Shown here one piece after another: positions 34,732-46,979 of a stretch of DNA of 64,000 nucleotides. The notes beneath the pieces are model-generated. The model saw only the letters and a program-made list of their open reading frames with translations. It was not told where the DNA came from and did not search any database. Made by a program: the position numbers and the translations under genes. Source of the stretch: Eukaryota sp. GEM-RC1 (lineage: Eukaryota). The stretch is from positions 310,001-374,000 of the forward strand of contig JAUFOQ010000002.1 of assembly GCA_040285855.1 (NCBI GenBank), in the 5' to 3' direction. How positions within the stretch are numbered: position 1 is the first letter of the stretch; the number at the start of each line of letters is the position of its first letter.

Positions 34732-35694
34732 TCACCTAAAACACTTCCTAAAACCATCATGACGTTCAGAATTAACTAAAAGTGACAGATCTTTTGACAA
34801 AACGTTAACCTTCCGTTTCCTTGACGTTGACAAACCCCTTCCTGTCCCAGTTTCCCGCCCTTTCTTCAACCTCCTTGCGCTAGCCAGAGCTTCTGCTGCT
34901 TGCTGGTCAGCTGAAGCTATCTTTTGCAAGTGACTTTCCTTATCAGTTCTTTCCTCGATCTGTTGTTTGATTGCGAGTTCCGTGTTTTTATCGTCTGTTT
35001 TCTTAGCTTCCCTCAATGACTTCCGATCTTTTTCCTCCTGCTGTGCCTTCAGGGCCATCTCTGCTTGTTCTCGTAACTTAGATTCAGCATCAGCAATTTC
35101 TTTAAGGAAAGGATATATATCAGCAACTCCAGAGGATGGACTACTCGTGACGTGGTCAGAATTCAACTTGTCATTATGAACGTCGAGACGATGTTGAGTG
35201 AGGAACACCAAAGAGCGTAAGACATAAACAACGAAATGATCAAGAGCATATTCAAAAAAAGTTAGACATTCTGGCATGAAATTAACCTCTTGTTTGGTAA
35301 ATATTGAAACAATAATATCATAAAGATAACGATTGTGTTCAGCGTACGGTAGTTGAGATCTGCTTGGATCTAGAGTAAACACTGGTAGGTAAGGTTCCCA
35401 AGTAAGTGCACGTTGAGAGGGTCCTGTTACTGGTCTTGGGACAGCAACGTGAGCTTGAGGATGAGCGACTGCTTGTAGATGACGTTGAATTGGTGCAAGA
35501 AGTTTTGGAGAGAGTATAAGTTCATGATATTCAGGTGGAACTATTGTCGATAAAGAACTGACAAATTGGTCCTTTGACAATTCACCATAGAACAATTTAT
35601 AGAGAAGCGCTGATAAGTTTTGCTGGGCATCTGGATGAAGAGCCGGCAGTTGTTGTTGGATGAGTGGCAAAGATATGGAAAAGAACACATTCAT
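34732..35694 (-). CDS. TAF4: TFIID subunit 4-like (RST-like N-terminus, histone fold, conserved C-terminus)
   Basis: LSALLYKLFYGELSKDQFVSSLSTIV (RST-like); ECLTFFEYALDHFV..LRSLVFLTQHR (histone fold); ADQQAAEALA and NVLSKDLSLLVNSE. Confidence 0.72.
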   Translation of the reverse strand: MNVFFSISLPLIQQQLPALHPDAQQNLSALLYKLFYGELSKDQFVSSLSTIVPPEYHELILSPKLLAPIQRHLQAVAHPQAHVAVPRPVTGPSQRALTWEPYLPVFTLDPSRSQLPYAEHNRYLYDIIVSIFTKQEVNFMPECLTFFEYALDHFVVYVLRSLVFLTQHRLDVHNDKLNSDHVTSSPSSGVADIYPFLKEIADAESKLREQAEMALKAQQEEKDRKSLREAKKTDDKNTELAIKQQIEERTDKESHLQKIASADQQAAEALASARRLKKGRETGTGRGLSTSRKRKVNVLSKDLSLLVNSERHDGFRKCFR

Positions 35695-35728
35695 ATAAAA
35701 ATCGAACAACTTTATCCAACTTAGTCTT

Positions 35729-37401
35729 ATGTCACAACAACAAATTGCCTCTGGCCAACCTGGCCAACCTCCTGTCATCTTTGACGAATATGGTCGCCCT
35801 TTTGTTATTCTTAGAGATCAACAAGAAAAGAAGAAGGTCTCTGGCTTGGAAGCCCTTAGAGTACGTCTTTATGTCTCGATCTGTACTTACTTCAGCAAAA
35901 CATCTTAGCTGCTGTTTCTGTCGCTACTACTCTTCGTACTTCTCTCGGTCCTAAAGGAGCTGACAAGATGCTTGTTTCTCCTGACGGCGATCTCAACATT
36001 TCAAACGATGGAGCAACTATCATGGAACAGATGCAAGTTGAGCATGAAGTTGCAAAACTTTTGGTCGAACTTTCCCGTTCTCAAGACGCGGAGATCGGTG
36101 ACGGAACAACATCCGTTGTAGTCTTCGCTGGGGCCCTCTTAGAGCAAGCCCTAGAACTCTTAAATCGAGGAATGCATCCTGTCCGAGTTGCAGCTGGTTA
36201 TGAAAAGGCTGCCCAGATCTGTTCTGCTTATCTTCGCGAGATCTCCGATGAACTCAAAATGGAGGAAGATCTTCGCAGCCACTTGATCAAAACTGCTAAA
36301 ACCACCCTTTCATCAAAGATCGTGTGCAAAGACATTGAGAAGATGGCTTCCATTGCTGTTGATGCAGTCCTCTCTGTAGCCGACCTTACTCGTAGAGATA
36401 CTAACCTTGATCTGATTAAGGTTGTTACCAAAACTGGAGGTAGAATTGAGGATACGATGTTGGTGCAGGGAATTGTGGCTGAAAAGGAGTTTTCTCACCC
36501 CCAAATGCCAAAGAAAGTCACTGATGCTAAGATAGCTATTCTCACTTGTCCAATGGAGGCCCCTAAGCCTAAGAACAAACATCATATTGATATTGTTGAT
36601 GCTGATGCTTATGAACGTCTCGCTACTATGGAACACGATTACTTTGCCAAGATGATTGAATCATTGAAGGAGGTTGGGTGTAACTTTGTTGTTTGTCAAT
36701 GGGGATTTGAGGATGAAGCTAATCATTTACTTTTGAAGAATGGAATTAATGCTTTGAGGTGGGTTTCAGGACCAGAGATTGAACTTTTGGCTATTGCTAC
36801 GGGTGCTAGAATTGTACCTCGTTTTGAAGATCTTTCAGCTGATAAGCTCGGAAGTGCAGCTTCAATTAAGGAAGTTGCTCTTGGAACAACTAGAGATCGA
36901 TTCGTCTTCTTTGAAGGATGTCCTTCGTCTCGTGCTGTCACTGTGGTATGCAGAGGTTCTAACAACATGGCAGTTGCTGAAACTCAACGATCTCTTCATG
37001 ACGCTATCTGTGTTGCCAGGAATTTAATTAGAGACCCCGCTATTATCTATGGAGGTGGATCTGCTGAGATTGCTTGTGCAATTAAGATTAATGAGCATGC
37101 TGATACTGTTACTAACACTGAACAGTTTGCGTACAGGGCGTTTGCAGACGCTTTGGAAGCTATTCCAATGGCTTTGGCAGAGAATGCTGGTCTTGATGTC
37201 TTGGAGACTGTGGCCAGTTTAAGAACTCAACAAATGAAGGAAAATAAGAGTGATTATGGGGTTGATTGTAATGGAACAGGTGATAACGATATGAAGGCTC
37301 AGCACGTGTTTGAAACACTCAAGGGTAAACAGCAACAGTTGTTACTTGCTACTCAAGTGACTAAAATGATTTTACGAATTGATACCAACTTGGAGTTGTA
37401 A
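35729..37401 (+). CDS. CCT5: Chaperonin CCT/TRiC subunit epsilon, intron 35861-35895
   Basis: Exon 1 ..FDEYGRPFVILRDQ.. splices in frame to QNILAA..TSLGPKGADKM. QDAEIGDGTTSVVV and CQWGFEDEANHLL present. Confidence 0.97.
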
Positions 37402-38067
37402 GTTTGTAGTTTATGTAGCATTGTTTGGGTTATTGAGTTGTGGAAGCAGTTAACGATAAACAAGACGCTGAGTTTAGTTGTGTCTATACACACTGCAGCT
37501 ATATGATTGTTGATATAAGTCAGAAGATGTTACGGTCAGTGAAACGTACAAAATCGATTCTAACACGTGTTGACACGCGTGTTCCGTGCTTGCTTTACAA
37601 CATTGTTTTTTAATTTTTTCGAGATTGGAAGTATAACAAATACCACACTACTAGTAGCAGTCGTAGCTTCTTTCTTGTACACAATACCAAAAGGAAAAAC
37701 AAGGCAAATTTTGTTCGGCACTTAAATAGTAGCATTGTCACAAACTGTTTAACCTGTAACAACAAATGTAAGTGCTCCAAATCAACACAATCTATTTCAT
37801 ATACTATTTCCTATCTGGATATCGGCAAAATAGATGTTTGTGCCGCTTTAATTGAGCTTGCAGAACAACTACAATGTACATGTACATGTAATTGTATGTT
37901 TACTCCATCTCAATATTTCTAGAATTGAAATATCAAATATCATATGAATAAACCCAAAAGAAGCATAAACGTCTGTAGTCGTACAGAAAACGTCCTTTAT
38001 CTACACAATATAGAAAGGCATTGTTTTTCGCAATGATCAGTCAAATCCTTGTTCCATTTCTTCTTTT

Positions 38068-38925
38068 ATGAGAGAGTTCGCCTTTTCTACAAATCAACAT
38101 GAGTTTATCAAATCTGCTGTGCTTGCAGGAATAAGACACGATGGCAGAACCCCTCAAAAATTACGGAATCCTGTTCATCTTACTGTGAAATCCACAATGT
38201 GTGAGTGTGTGATCGGTGAAACTCACGTTGTTTCTTCTGCAACTCTGGATATTGTCACTCCTTTTCCCGATAGACCGCAAGAAGGCCAAGTCTTATTCTC
38301 AACATCTTATTCTTCTCTAGCTACTCCAGACAATTCCCTAATTGATGATTCGTCTCTGAATCGTGCAGTTGAGCGAGTTTTTAGAGAAACCCAATGTATT
38401 GAACCAGAGGCTTTGTGTATAACAGCTGGTAAACGAGTTTGGAAACTGTCCATCTCCACTACTGTTCTCAATCACTCAGGAAACTCTCTTGATTGTTGTG
38501 TCCTCAGTATTGCATCTCTGCTTTCACACTTCAAGGTTCCTGCTGTTTTCGTTGACGATACTGGTAATTATGTTGTTCAGGATCCTACTCTTCAGCCTCC
38601 CGTAGCACTCCCTCTCTTTCATTTGCCTATATCGGTGTCACTTGTTGTAATTGAAAAAGTCATTCTGGTGGACCCAAATCGAGAGGAAGAGGTGGTGGCA
38701 GATTCACATATTCACATTGTTGTTAATAGAAGTAATGAGATTTGTGTTCTTTCTTCAAAAGGAGAGCCTCTTACTAAAGAAATGTTGTCTGAAGCTGTTA
38801 CAGTGGCTTTTAATGTGAGCCGACAGTTCTATGACCTCATTGAAACAGCTAAAGTTATTGAACAGCCGCTTAAATCATCGACTGTAATTCCAATGGAAGA
38901 TGAAGAATTAGATTTGGAATCGTAG
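38068..38925 (+). CDS. RRP45: Exosome subunit RRP45 (RNase PH-like)
   Basis: GIRHDGR, PFPDRPQEG, EALCITAGKRVW, LNHSGNSLD, LVDPNREEE. Confidence 0.9.
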   Translation: MREFAFSTNQHEFIKSAVLAGIRHDGRTPQKLRNPVHLTVKSTMCECVIGETHVVSSATLDIVTPFPDRPQEGQVLFSTSYSSLATPDNSLIDDSSLNRAVERVFRETQCIEPEALCITAGKRVWKLSISTTVLNHSGNSLDCCVLSIASLLSHFKVPAVFVDDTGNYVVQDPTLQPPVALPLFHLPISVSLVVIEKVILVDPNREEEVVADSHIHIVVNRSNEICVLSSKGEPLTKEMLSEAVTVAFNVSRQFYDLIETAKVIEQPLKSSTVIPMEDEELDLES

Positions 38926-39001
38926 ATTTAGACATGAGAATCTAGATTTAGAGTGATTCTTGTTTTTTTATTTGTATCTGTAACTGCATTATGTAGTGTG
39001 T

Positions 39002-39912
39002 ATGATGTTTGCAGATCCTTTGGAAAATTCCAACATTTCACTTTTCCAAATGACATCCCCAAACTTCTTGGATGTTTCTCGACCTAAAACACTACCTATA
39101 TTTAAACGTTTTCCTAATGCGGAGTGGCTGATGGAACTTGATGAACTTCAATACACTCCTTCTATTCTCGATGGTCTTACTTTTATTGAAGAATGGACTG
39201 AACGTACTTCTGCTGTGAACTTCATCAATGGAGTATGTTCACAGCTTGGACTGTATGTTGGACCTTCATTTATATCTTTATCCCAGTCCAAATCCTACCA
39301 TTTGGACAGCTATAGTCTACTTCCATAGATTTTTCTGTCGTTGGTCTCTCAAACTCTATAGTCCGACGGTTTGTCTGCTGCGCCTCCATTAATCACAGCA
39401 TACAGTAATGGCATGTATCTTTGTGGCATCAAAGCAGTGCGATACTTCCCTGAAACTTGGAAACCATTGTAAAAGGAGTAGAGCATCTGAATTATGCACT
39501 AAAGAAGCAAATGGTTCCACCGGTTACAACTAGTCAGCTACGGGAGATATGTATGGTTGCTCTACGTTATGAACGTCAACTTCTCTACACAATTGGATTC
39601 AAAACTAACGTATTCCACCCACAACCATTCATCATTGATTATCTATCCAAGAATCTAACGGCGGTCTCAGAACAAAGAAAGACAATGCTCACAATTGTGA
39701 ACAGATTTCTGTTCGACTCCTATCTCACACCACTGTCTCTGCTGTATCCACCGGAATTTATTGCTGCTGGAGTTCTCTACGTGGCATTGATTTATACGAA
39801 GTTTGGAAATGAGATATTAGGAGGGGATTTGTGGTATAGAAATTTTCATCCGGAAGTTACTTTGGATGATCTTGATAGGATCGCTGTTATACTTTTTAAA
39901 ATTTATGAATAG
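39002..39912 (+). CDS. Transcriptional cyclin (T/K/L type); introns 39253-39286 and 39369-39398; +1 frameshift near 39456
   Basis: Spliced TPSILDG..LGLPNPTIWTAIVYFHRFF..MACIFVASK, then YERQLLYTIGF..HP and YPPEFIAAG. Confidence 0.88.
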
Positions 39913-40199
39913 TTTGTTTTGCAATGTGTTGGTGACATTTTTGTGATTGTCATATTTATTAAATAAATATTGACTACACTACATGTTGTTGCTTGTGTTA
40001 TCTCTCAACAAATTGAAACAGATTGGCATTTAGAACCATAGCTGCCAATTAGCCCACATATTATCAAATTGGAAAACACCTTTTGACTGACCAATAAGAG
40101 ATAACACAACACATTGCATTTTGAAATCTTGAGTTGTTTTACTCAATTTCTAGTACGTTCAGTTATTCTGGTGTACAGGATTCTTGTTGTAAAGTATAT

Positions 40200-40700
40200 G
40201 ATTTTGACTCGTAAGTTGAACCAGTTTTGAGTCTTTCTGAAAACGAATTTTCAGATTAGAAACGAGGGAAACTTCATACACACGGGCCTAAATCGAGTCA
40301 ATCATTATGTGTTTTTACATCAGTCGATTTATGTCACAAATCTTGGATTAGTAGGATATTAGATTCTTCTTTTAATCCGTTAACAGCTGTTGAAAAACTC
40401 AATCAATCCAAGTATGACTCTTAAGTAGAAGAATTAAATCAAAAAGCATATTCTACATTTATGTTCCAACCTTTTGCCGTTTCTCTTTTTGGATCGATTG
40501 GTCTCGCAGGTGACCAATATTTCCAGCATTTGGAAGAGCTGTGTAAAGAAAAGAGGCTTAAGTACAAAAATTCTGAATGGAAAAACAATATTGTCTTTCC
40601 ATTTGTCAAAACATGCATTTCTGTTTCACTTTGAAAGATTGGTGTGAGGATACAAAGAAAAAAGAAATCTTTCACCAGATATGGATGAGCTCGTTTGGAT
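40200..40700 (+). mobile_element. Degenerate CRE-like RLE fragment (subfamily C-like)
   Basis: Shares TAGTAGGATATTAGATTCTTCTTTTAAT.CGTTAACAGCTG with 33561. Encodes FQPFAVSLFGSIG..WKNNIVF. Confidence 0.65.
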
Positions 40701-40783
40701 ATAGTCTTAGTCTATTCTTTTTTTGGAAACCTTATTTTTGCTGACAACAATACTACAGAGTACTTTTTTTTGACAGATTTATA

Positions 40784-40985
40784 TTTTATTGACAACAACA
40801 CTACAGTGTACATACATCTAATAATCAATATTCTCAAAGTCCAGATCGCCTAACTGAAAATTCTCACCCACCTTATCCTCATAATGTCTGCCAAGAGATA
40901 ATAAAGCGCTAGATACAGAAGTCACCATACCTTTAAAGATAGCAAACACGATTCGATTTTTCCAAAATCTAAGATCAAAGTTCCT
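40784..40985 (-). mobile_element. Short 3'-end copy of CRE-like subfamily B
   Basis: Near-identical reverse complement of ~34035-34237. Confidence 0.88.
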
Positions 40986-41479
40986 AGTATATTCTATTTT
41001 TGTATGATGGAATGTTTCTCGAATAATATTTTCATTTCAAAACAATTGAAAATATAGTTACCTGTGTTGTCAACTAATAGTAGCATGTGTTTTCGATTAC
41101 ATGTGCATAATCGATATGTATACATACCGTTTTGATAAACCCTTTACAATGTTACGATTGACATAGCATAAATAAAAAACGGATTTATGTGCGGAGAATA
41201 ACACACAACAAGAAAACAACAAATAAATAAAGACAATTAAAACAAATTATCAAACGAACTACCTAATTCCGAAAAGTAATTACCACCAAACAACTTGGAC
41301 AAAATGGAATCAACATATCTATACAAAGACTTAAAATCTAATAAATTGGCTTAATCTACAGCTATGTATACAACAGCTTATAAAAATCAGCTTCAGTGAG
41401 CAAAGGCCAGTATTTGTTTAATCATAAGTGTGATATCAACAACCTGTATAACTAGACAACTCCAGTAACAACGTTAAAT

Positions 41480-42271
41480 TCAAAGAGGTTTCATTTTAGT
41501 CAATAATACAACAAACGCTATTGTTGAACTTATACATATAGGCACCCACAGCGCAAGCTGAAACAGATCTCCCTCGGAGTAAACGTAGCCAAAGATTGAA
41601 GCGAAAGACAAGGCTAGTGTGTAAACAGCCCCCTTCAAATTCCACAAACACGACAGAACAAAACCCCAAGGATGACGTTTCCATAACAAATATGAAGAAA
41701 TTAAACCAACAGGAACAACCATGGATAAATCTAAAGCAGCAATAACATTAGTAACATGACCAACAGTGATTACAATGTCTGGCACTTTCTTGGAAAATAT
41801 GTAATCAGCCGATATAATGATGTGGAACAATCCTAGTAAAACAGACACAACAAACATCATCAGACTGATTAACTTTAGATGTGACCCATGTGTAAAACAG
41901 GACGAAATATGTTCGGCACGGATCTGAGGAATAGCCATCAACAAGACAGCTCCTGATAAAGTAAAAAGAGTGACATAGACTAGAAACATGCTGTTGAAAC
42001 TGGCTCCGAAGAGATAGAACGCATAATTATATACAACGTAGTACATCATTCCCAACCAAGCCAATGTGCCACGAACTGAAGTCTTCTTCATGAGAGATAG
42101 AGACCAAAGCAGAAGTGGGACTCCACAAAGCAGTGAAACGATATCGTTACCAACCCATCCCGATGAGACTAGGCGGTTGTCATTATAGATATCGAGAAAG
42201 ATACCACCGATAGATGCGATAGACATGAGGATCGCCACCATCAGTGTGATGATATGAACATTCTTGAACAT
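41480..42271 (-). CDS. Polytopic (7-8 TM) membrane protein of prokaryotic type, function unknown
   Basis: Hydrophobic ORF with GNDIVSLLCGVPLL, RGTLAWLG..YY..YNYAFYLFG..FN..FLVYV and ALDL..VVP..LLWKRHPWG. Confidence 0.75.
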   Translation of the reverse strand: MFKNVHIITLMVAILMSIASIGGIFLDIYNDNRLVSSGWVGNDIVSLLCGVPLLLWSLSLMKKTSVRGTLAWLGMMYYVVYNYAFYLFGASFNSMFLVYVTLFTLSGAVLLMAIPQIRAEHISSCFTHGSHLKLISLMMFVVSVLLGLFHIIISADYIFSKKVPDIVITVGHVTNVIAALDLSMVVPVGLISSYLLWKRHPWGFVLSCLWNLKGAVYTLALSFASIFGYVYSEGDLFQLALWVPICISSTIAFVVLLTKMKPL

Positions 42272-42635
42272 CCTTAAGTAAGGAAAGACTTGAAGCAAAT
42301 GGTTAACTGAAGGATCAAAAATGATTCAGTTTTTCGACAAAACTGATCAAAAATGAGATCTATTATGTGCAGCATCACAGGAACTATTCAAGTAGTTAGT
42401 CTCTTATTAGCCTTGTTGGAGCAATTACAGTGCAATTGGGTCGTTGGATTAGGGTTCTTTAACAATAAACTGTATACTAGTATATATAATATTTATTTGC
42501 TATTTTTTTGACAGTGATGAGTAGTTGTTTGATATTGTTTTTCATAAGTCTGTTCCAATTCCAAATAACAAATTGCAGTGGTTAGAACGAATGACTGACA
42601 GACAACACTCAATATTTCCAATGAAGCTCATGTCG

Positions 42636-43295
42636 TTATAACCACGTGTGGCACTTCATATGCATCAATAGCTGACCATAGACATCCTTCCGTTCAGCTT
42701 TCAAACTGCAATCTAAAACTGACCATCCATTAGCCAACCTATATTCGAGCGACGCACCTTTTTGAATCAAGAGAGTGACAATTTGATCATTCCCAGCTAG
42801 ACAAGCAGCATGGAGTGGGTATACATACATTGATCCAATCGAAGGGAATTCAATTAAACAAGGTTGATTGGGTGAGGCACCTGAGAACAACAGCAGCTGT
42901 GCTATAGAGTGATGACCATGGGTTATGGATGTGATCAATGCCGTTTCTCCAGAATCATTAGGAATATCAAGTTGAGCTCCATTTTCAATCAATTTCTCGA
43001 CTGCTGATAAATGTCCAACCTTCGCTGCTTTCACCAAGGATCTATTCGAAAAGGGACCTACTATTGAGAGGACAAACATATCTTCCTGTTGTAATGCTTC
43101 CTCAATAATTTCCTCTAAGTCGTCTTCCACCTCATGTTCCAGGAGGTAGCTAAGAAGAAGAAACTCCTTTCGTCTAATTGCAAGCCGTAGGGGTGAGATT
43201 TTGAGTAGTTTCGAAGTATGAATGATATGGTTGGATCTATGTTCGAGATCAAATGCATTATAAGAGCAATGTACCTGTGCCATTGGAGGAAACAT
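42636..43295 (-). CDS. Ankyrin-repeat protein
   Basis: LVKAAKVGHLSAVEKLIENGA, GETALITSITHGH, YPLHAACLAGN. Confidence 0.9.
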   Translation of the reverse strand: MFPPMAQVHCSYNAFDLEHRSNHIIHTSKLLKISPLRLAIRRKEFLLLSYLLEHEVEDDLEEIIEEALQQEDMFVLSIVGPFSNRSLVKAAKVGHLSAVEKLIENGAQLDIPNDSGETALITSITHGHHSIAQLLLFSGASPNQPCLIEFPSIGSMYVYPLHAACLAGNDQIVTLLIQKGASLEYRLANGWSVLDCSLKAERKDVYGQLLMHMKCHTWL

Positions 43296-43501
43296 AATTA
43301 AGATGTCACATTAATACCTACATTAGTAAACTTCGCAATTTGTTAGTAAATTTGTGATACTAAATCCAACGAAGATTAATTACCGGCCCAATACACAGAC
43401 ACACGTCTAAGATTGTAGCACTAAAGGACAAAGAATGGAAGAGATTCAAGAACGGTTTCTTTAGAAATTGACCAGGACATACTCTCCACATATCTTTGAT
43501 C

Positions 43502-45270
43502 ATGTCCTCTTCAGAACAAGAACATTATAGTTCAGACTATGTTACTGATGAAGAACTGGCTATGGCTGAAATCGATGATATGTTTCGCGGCCACTCTTCT
43601 TCTGATGACGATGAGTCTTTAGATACCATCTCTTTTGCACCAACTCAATCAGATCTCAAGTCAGCAGGACTCAGCATTAATGACCTCCTCAAACCTATTG
43701 ACGACTCTTCTGCTGCTATCTCTTCACTTAAACAGAATCTTTCCACAGTCATATCTGCTCCTGAGCCCTTACCCATAGCAAAACGAGCCCAACAGCGTAT
43801 TGAGCGTCAAGAGGCCTACAAATCCGCATCTCACACTGTTTCAGAATGGACCGAAACTGTTAAACGCAATCGTAATGCTCCTTCTCTGTCATTCCCTCTC
43901 AACACTACACCTCTACCACAACCATCGCTGAGAAATCTCGTGACCACCAAAGATGATGACGATTATGGTGACGTCATTGGCATGAACTATGATGAGAATC
44001 TCGATGACAAGGCCAAGCTACGATCTATTCTTCATTATGCCAGTGTCAAAGCTAAACACCAAAAGAAGATTAAGAGTAAGAAGTACCGTGCCCTGTTGAA
44101 GAAAGACAAACCTAAAGAAGTAGAAGAGGATCCGGAAGAAGTAGAACGGATGAGGGCCAAGGAACGTCTAACCTTAAGACATAAGAATTATTCAAAGTTT
44201 ATTAAACGAAAGTTACAACGTGGTGAGACTCAAGATGAAGATTTAAACAATGCCCTTCAAATAGGTCAGGATCTAAAGAAGAAGTATACAATGCAAGGTG
44301 ATGAGTCAGAATCTGACGGGTTTAGTTCAGAAGAAGAAGTCATTGGGGAGGAAGAAGAAGAACCAGAAACTGGGGTATATTCTATGAGGTTTATGAAGAG
44401 AGCAATGGAAGATAAGAGTGAAGAAGGTGATGAGGGTCAAGCACGTGATGATTTTGAGATTTCTGATAGTGAAGGGGTTGTGTCTGCTTCTGAAGGAGAA
44501 GGCAAAGAGACGTTGATGATTGAAGATGATTCAGAAAAGGAAAGTGATGACGAAGGTGAGGTTCCACTGGTTAATTCTGTTAAGGTGAATCAGACTTTTG
44601 ATTTTCTGAAAGAGGAAAAAAGTGATGGTGTACCAGAGAAATCTAAAGAAAACACGTGTCAGACACGTCGACAGTCCAGTGATCGACCCTCTAAGAAGTC
44701 GAAAAGGAAAGTGTGCCAGTTTCACTAGCTGATATTGAATCATTTGTCGATGGAGTTGAATCATCAGATGACGATGAAGCTCAAAATCAATCCAATTTAA
44801 TTAATGACATACTTGCTGAAAACGACAATGAAACAGAATTTAATCAATCAAAATCGGAAATGATTGATCGTGAACACCACGTGGACCTTCCCGAAGTAGT
44901 TCCTGGCTGGGGAGACTGGGGTGGTGTTGGAGTATTTGCAAAAATGTCAAAGAAAGACAAAACAAAAAAGAAGCAACTTCAACTTAAACAGAAAGAGAGT
45001 ATCAAACATCGTCAAGATGCTAAGAAACCTCGAGTTATCATTCGTGAAAAGCCTGAAAGCGTGGCTAAGAAATACACTGTGCCACGACTTCCATGGGGAT
45101 CACATGGAGTGAAGGATTATGAACGGAAACTATCGAAACCAATCAGTTTTGATTTTGCCCCTATGAGTGTTCATGACAAGGCGATTAAGCCGGAATTGGT
45201 TGTTCCGAGGGGTTCGCTTATTGCTCCTATTAAAAGGAGTCAGACTCAGCGAAGGAAGTTTAAAGGTTGA
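43502..45270 (+). CDS. UTP14: SSU processome subunit UTP14, frameshift at ~44711-44715
   Basis: QRIERQEAY..VSEWTETVKRNR, KKIKSKKYR, RAKERLTLRHKNYSK; second ORF has PGWGDWGG, RQDAKKPRVII and GSLIAPI. Confidence 0.9.
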
Positions 45271-45580
45271 TTTGGAGTTTAAATGTTTATTATTTTAGCC
45301 TTTTTTAGTTTTGTTTTTAGTTTGGTCTATATCATTTGCCAACTTTGATGATATTTAACATCTTTTGATTTGAAATATTAACTCACTGCGTTATCAATAT
45401 TATTGATAATAAATTAAGAATCTCAAAATGACCAAGTCAAAAAGTATAGTACAAACGGAACCAATAAAGATCTCTAATCGAACAAAACTTACTAACGTTT
45501 CTAGTAGAAACTATCTACAGAGTCTGTTAAAATTCTCTATGCAGAACTGAAGGAAAACAGTTGAAAGATCTAGATGATGA

Positions 45581-46867
45581 TTAGTATTTACTACGCTTGG
45601 ATTTGTTCAAATAGTCTGGAATGCGCGGCAGAATTCTAGAACTATTAGCGATAAACTCATCTCTCTGGGACCTGTCAACAAGGGATATAATCGGAGAAGA
45701 AGTGGAAAGAACCTCAGATCTTTTTGAAATGAATGATGAACACTCCCTGTGAGGAAAATCATCCAACTCTAAATTCAAAAGTTTAGTGTTCGTCTGAGTT
45801 AAAATTGATTGCCCAGATGACGCCATCAAGAGTATCTTCACAGCACGTTTCCGTTGGTGATGTTTGAACAGAGTTCTAGCAGAAACTTTAGCTTCACGAT
45901 GATTTAAAGCATCATCTTTATTTGCCGTCAAATATTTAAAATATTCAATTAATAGTCGACGACGACACATGACAACCGCTTTAGATTCAAGAGAATACCT
46001 GCGTTGAATTTCATTGTAATAATTTAACATTTTTGAAAAATAGAAACGTTTTGAATGTAGACTCAGCTGACTAGTTAGACAATTTAGCTCAGCCGTATGA
46101 GTATTGTAAACACTTTGAAGCTTTTCGAAATACACTTTCATAACTTTAGTGGCCATAAGTTCTTGAGATTCGACAACAAAGTCATAGTAATTGCGGAGCT
46201 GAATTAAGGAATTTTGCAAGGTTCGGGTTCTTTTAAATTTGTCCCAATATTCTAAATTATCCTCACATTGCTGAATTAAAACAACAGAGTTAAACCACTT
46301 TCCAAAAAAAGCGACGAAAATTTGAAATTTTGGAAAACTCTCTTGCTAGCAGAGAATAATCACGGATTTTCAAGACTTTTGTAGTCTTCAAATTCCACCT
46401 AAAAAACGATTGTGCTAACAAATATTTTAAATATCGGTTTCCAACAACTCTAGCACTCTTTTCCAATCGTCTTCTATACTTCAACGACCACCTCCATTGT
46501 TTGAAACAAGGCTTTTGGTAATGAATTCTAAACATTAGCAAAGAAGCTTCCTTTTAACTCTATTCAACTTAAGAATTGGAATAACTGTATTCCAGTCATT
46601 AAAGACACGACGTTGAAGAGAGATCCGTCGAAGGGTGTTGAATTTCCTTTGGAAACGAGACTTTTGAGCTACTATTGTCCAATGGGTGAAAGAATTGCTG
46701 AGAGAAGTGGTATTGGTTCGTGAGATAAAGCTCGGAAGAAGCTGATCCAGTCTTTGCATATGCATTCGAAGAGAAACATATTTTTGACACCACTTATCTA
46801 AATAACAGTACAATAATGAAAACTTCTGATGCGCATCAGCAATCAGAGAGGATGAAACAATATCCAT
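45581..46867 (-). CDS. Sfi1-like centrin-binding repeat protein; intron 46271-46298; frameshift near 46540
   Basis: Periodic F/L-x-x-W repeats (YLDKW, SFTHW, VFNDW, CFKQW, SFFRW). The 28-nt GTGGTT..TTAATTCAG intron joins two ORFs in frame. Confidence 0.7.
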
Positions 46868-46979
46868 CTCAAATGAGAAAGTGGTTCAAAGTTGGGGAAT
46901 ATAGGTCGTTGTAGTTGCTGAGAGATCTTGTATTGAAGAAAGATTGCGGAAAAAATTCACAAACATCTCTAACACCAAT

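Noticed and set aside
39450..39532. Euplotes-style stop-coupled frameshifting as a general rule
   Set aside because: In the cyclin the homologous frame resumes about 25 codons before the stop, and the sites share no common motif or direction.
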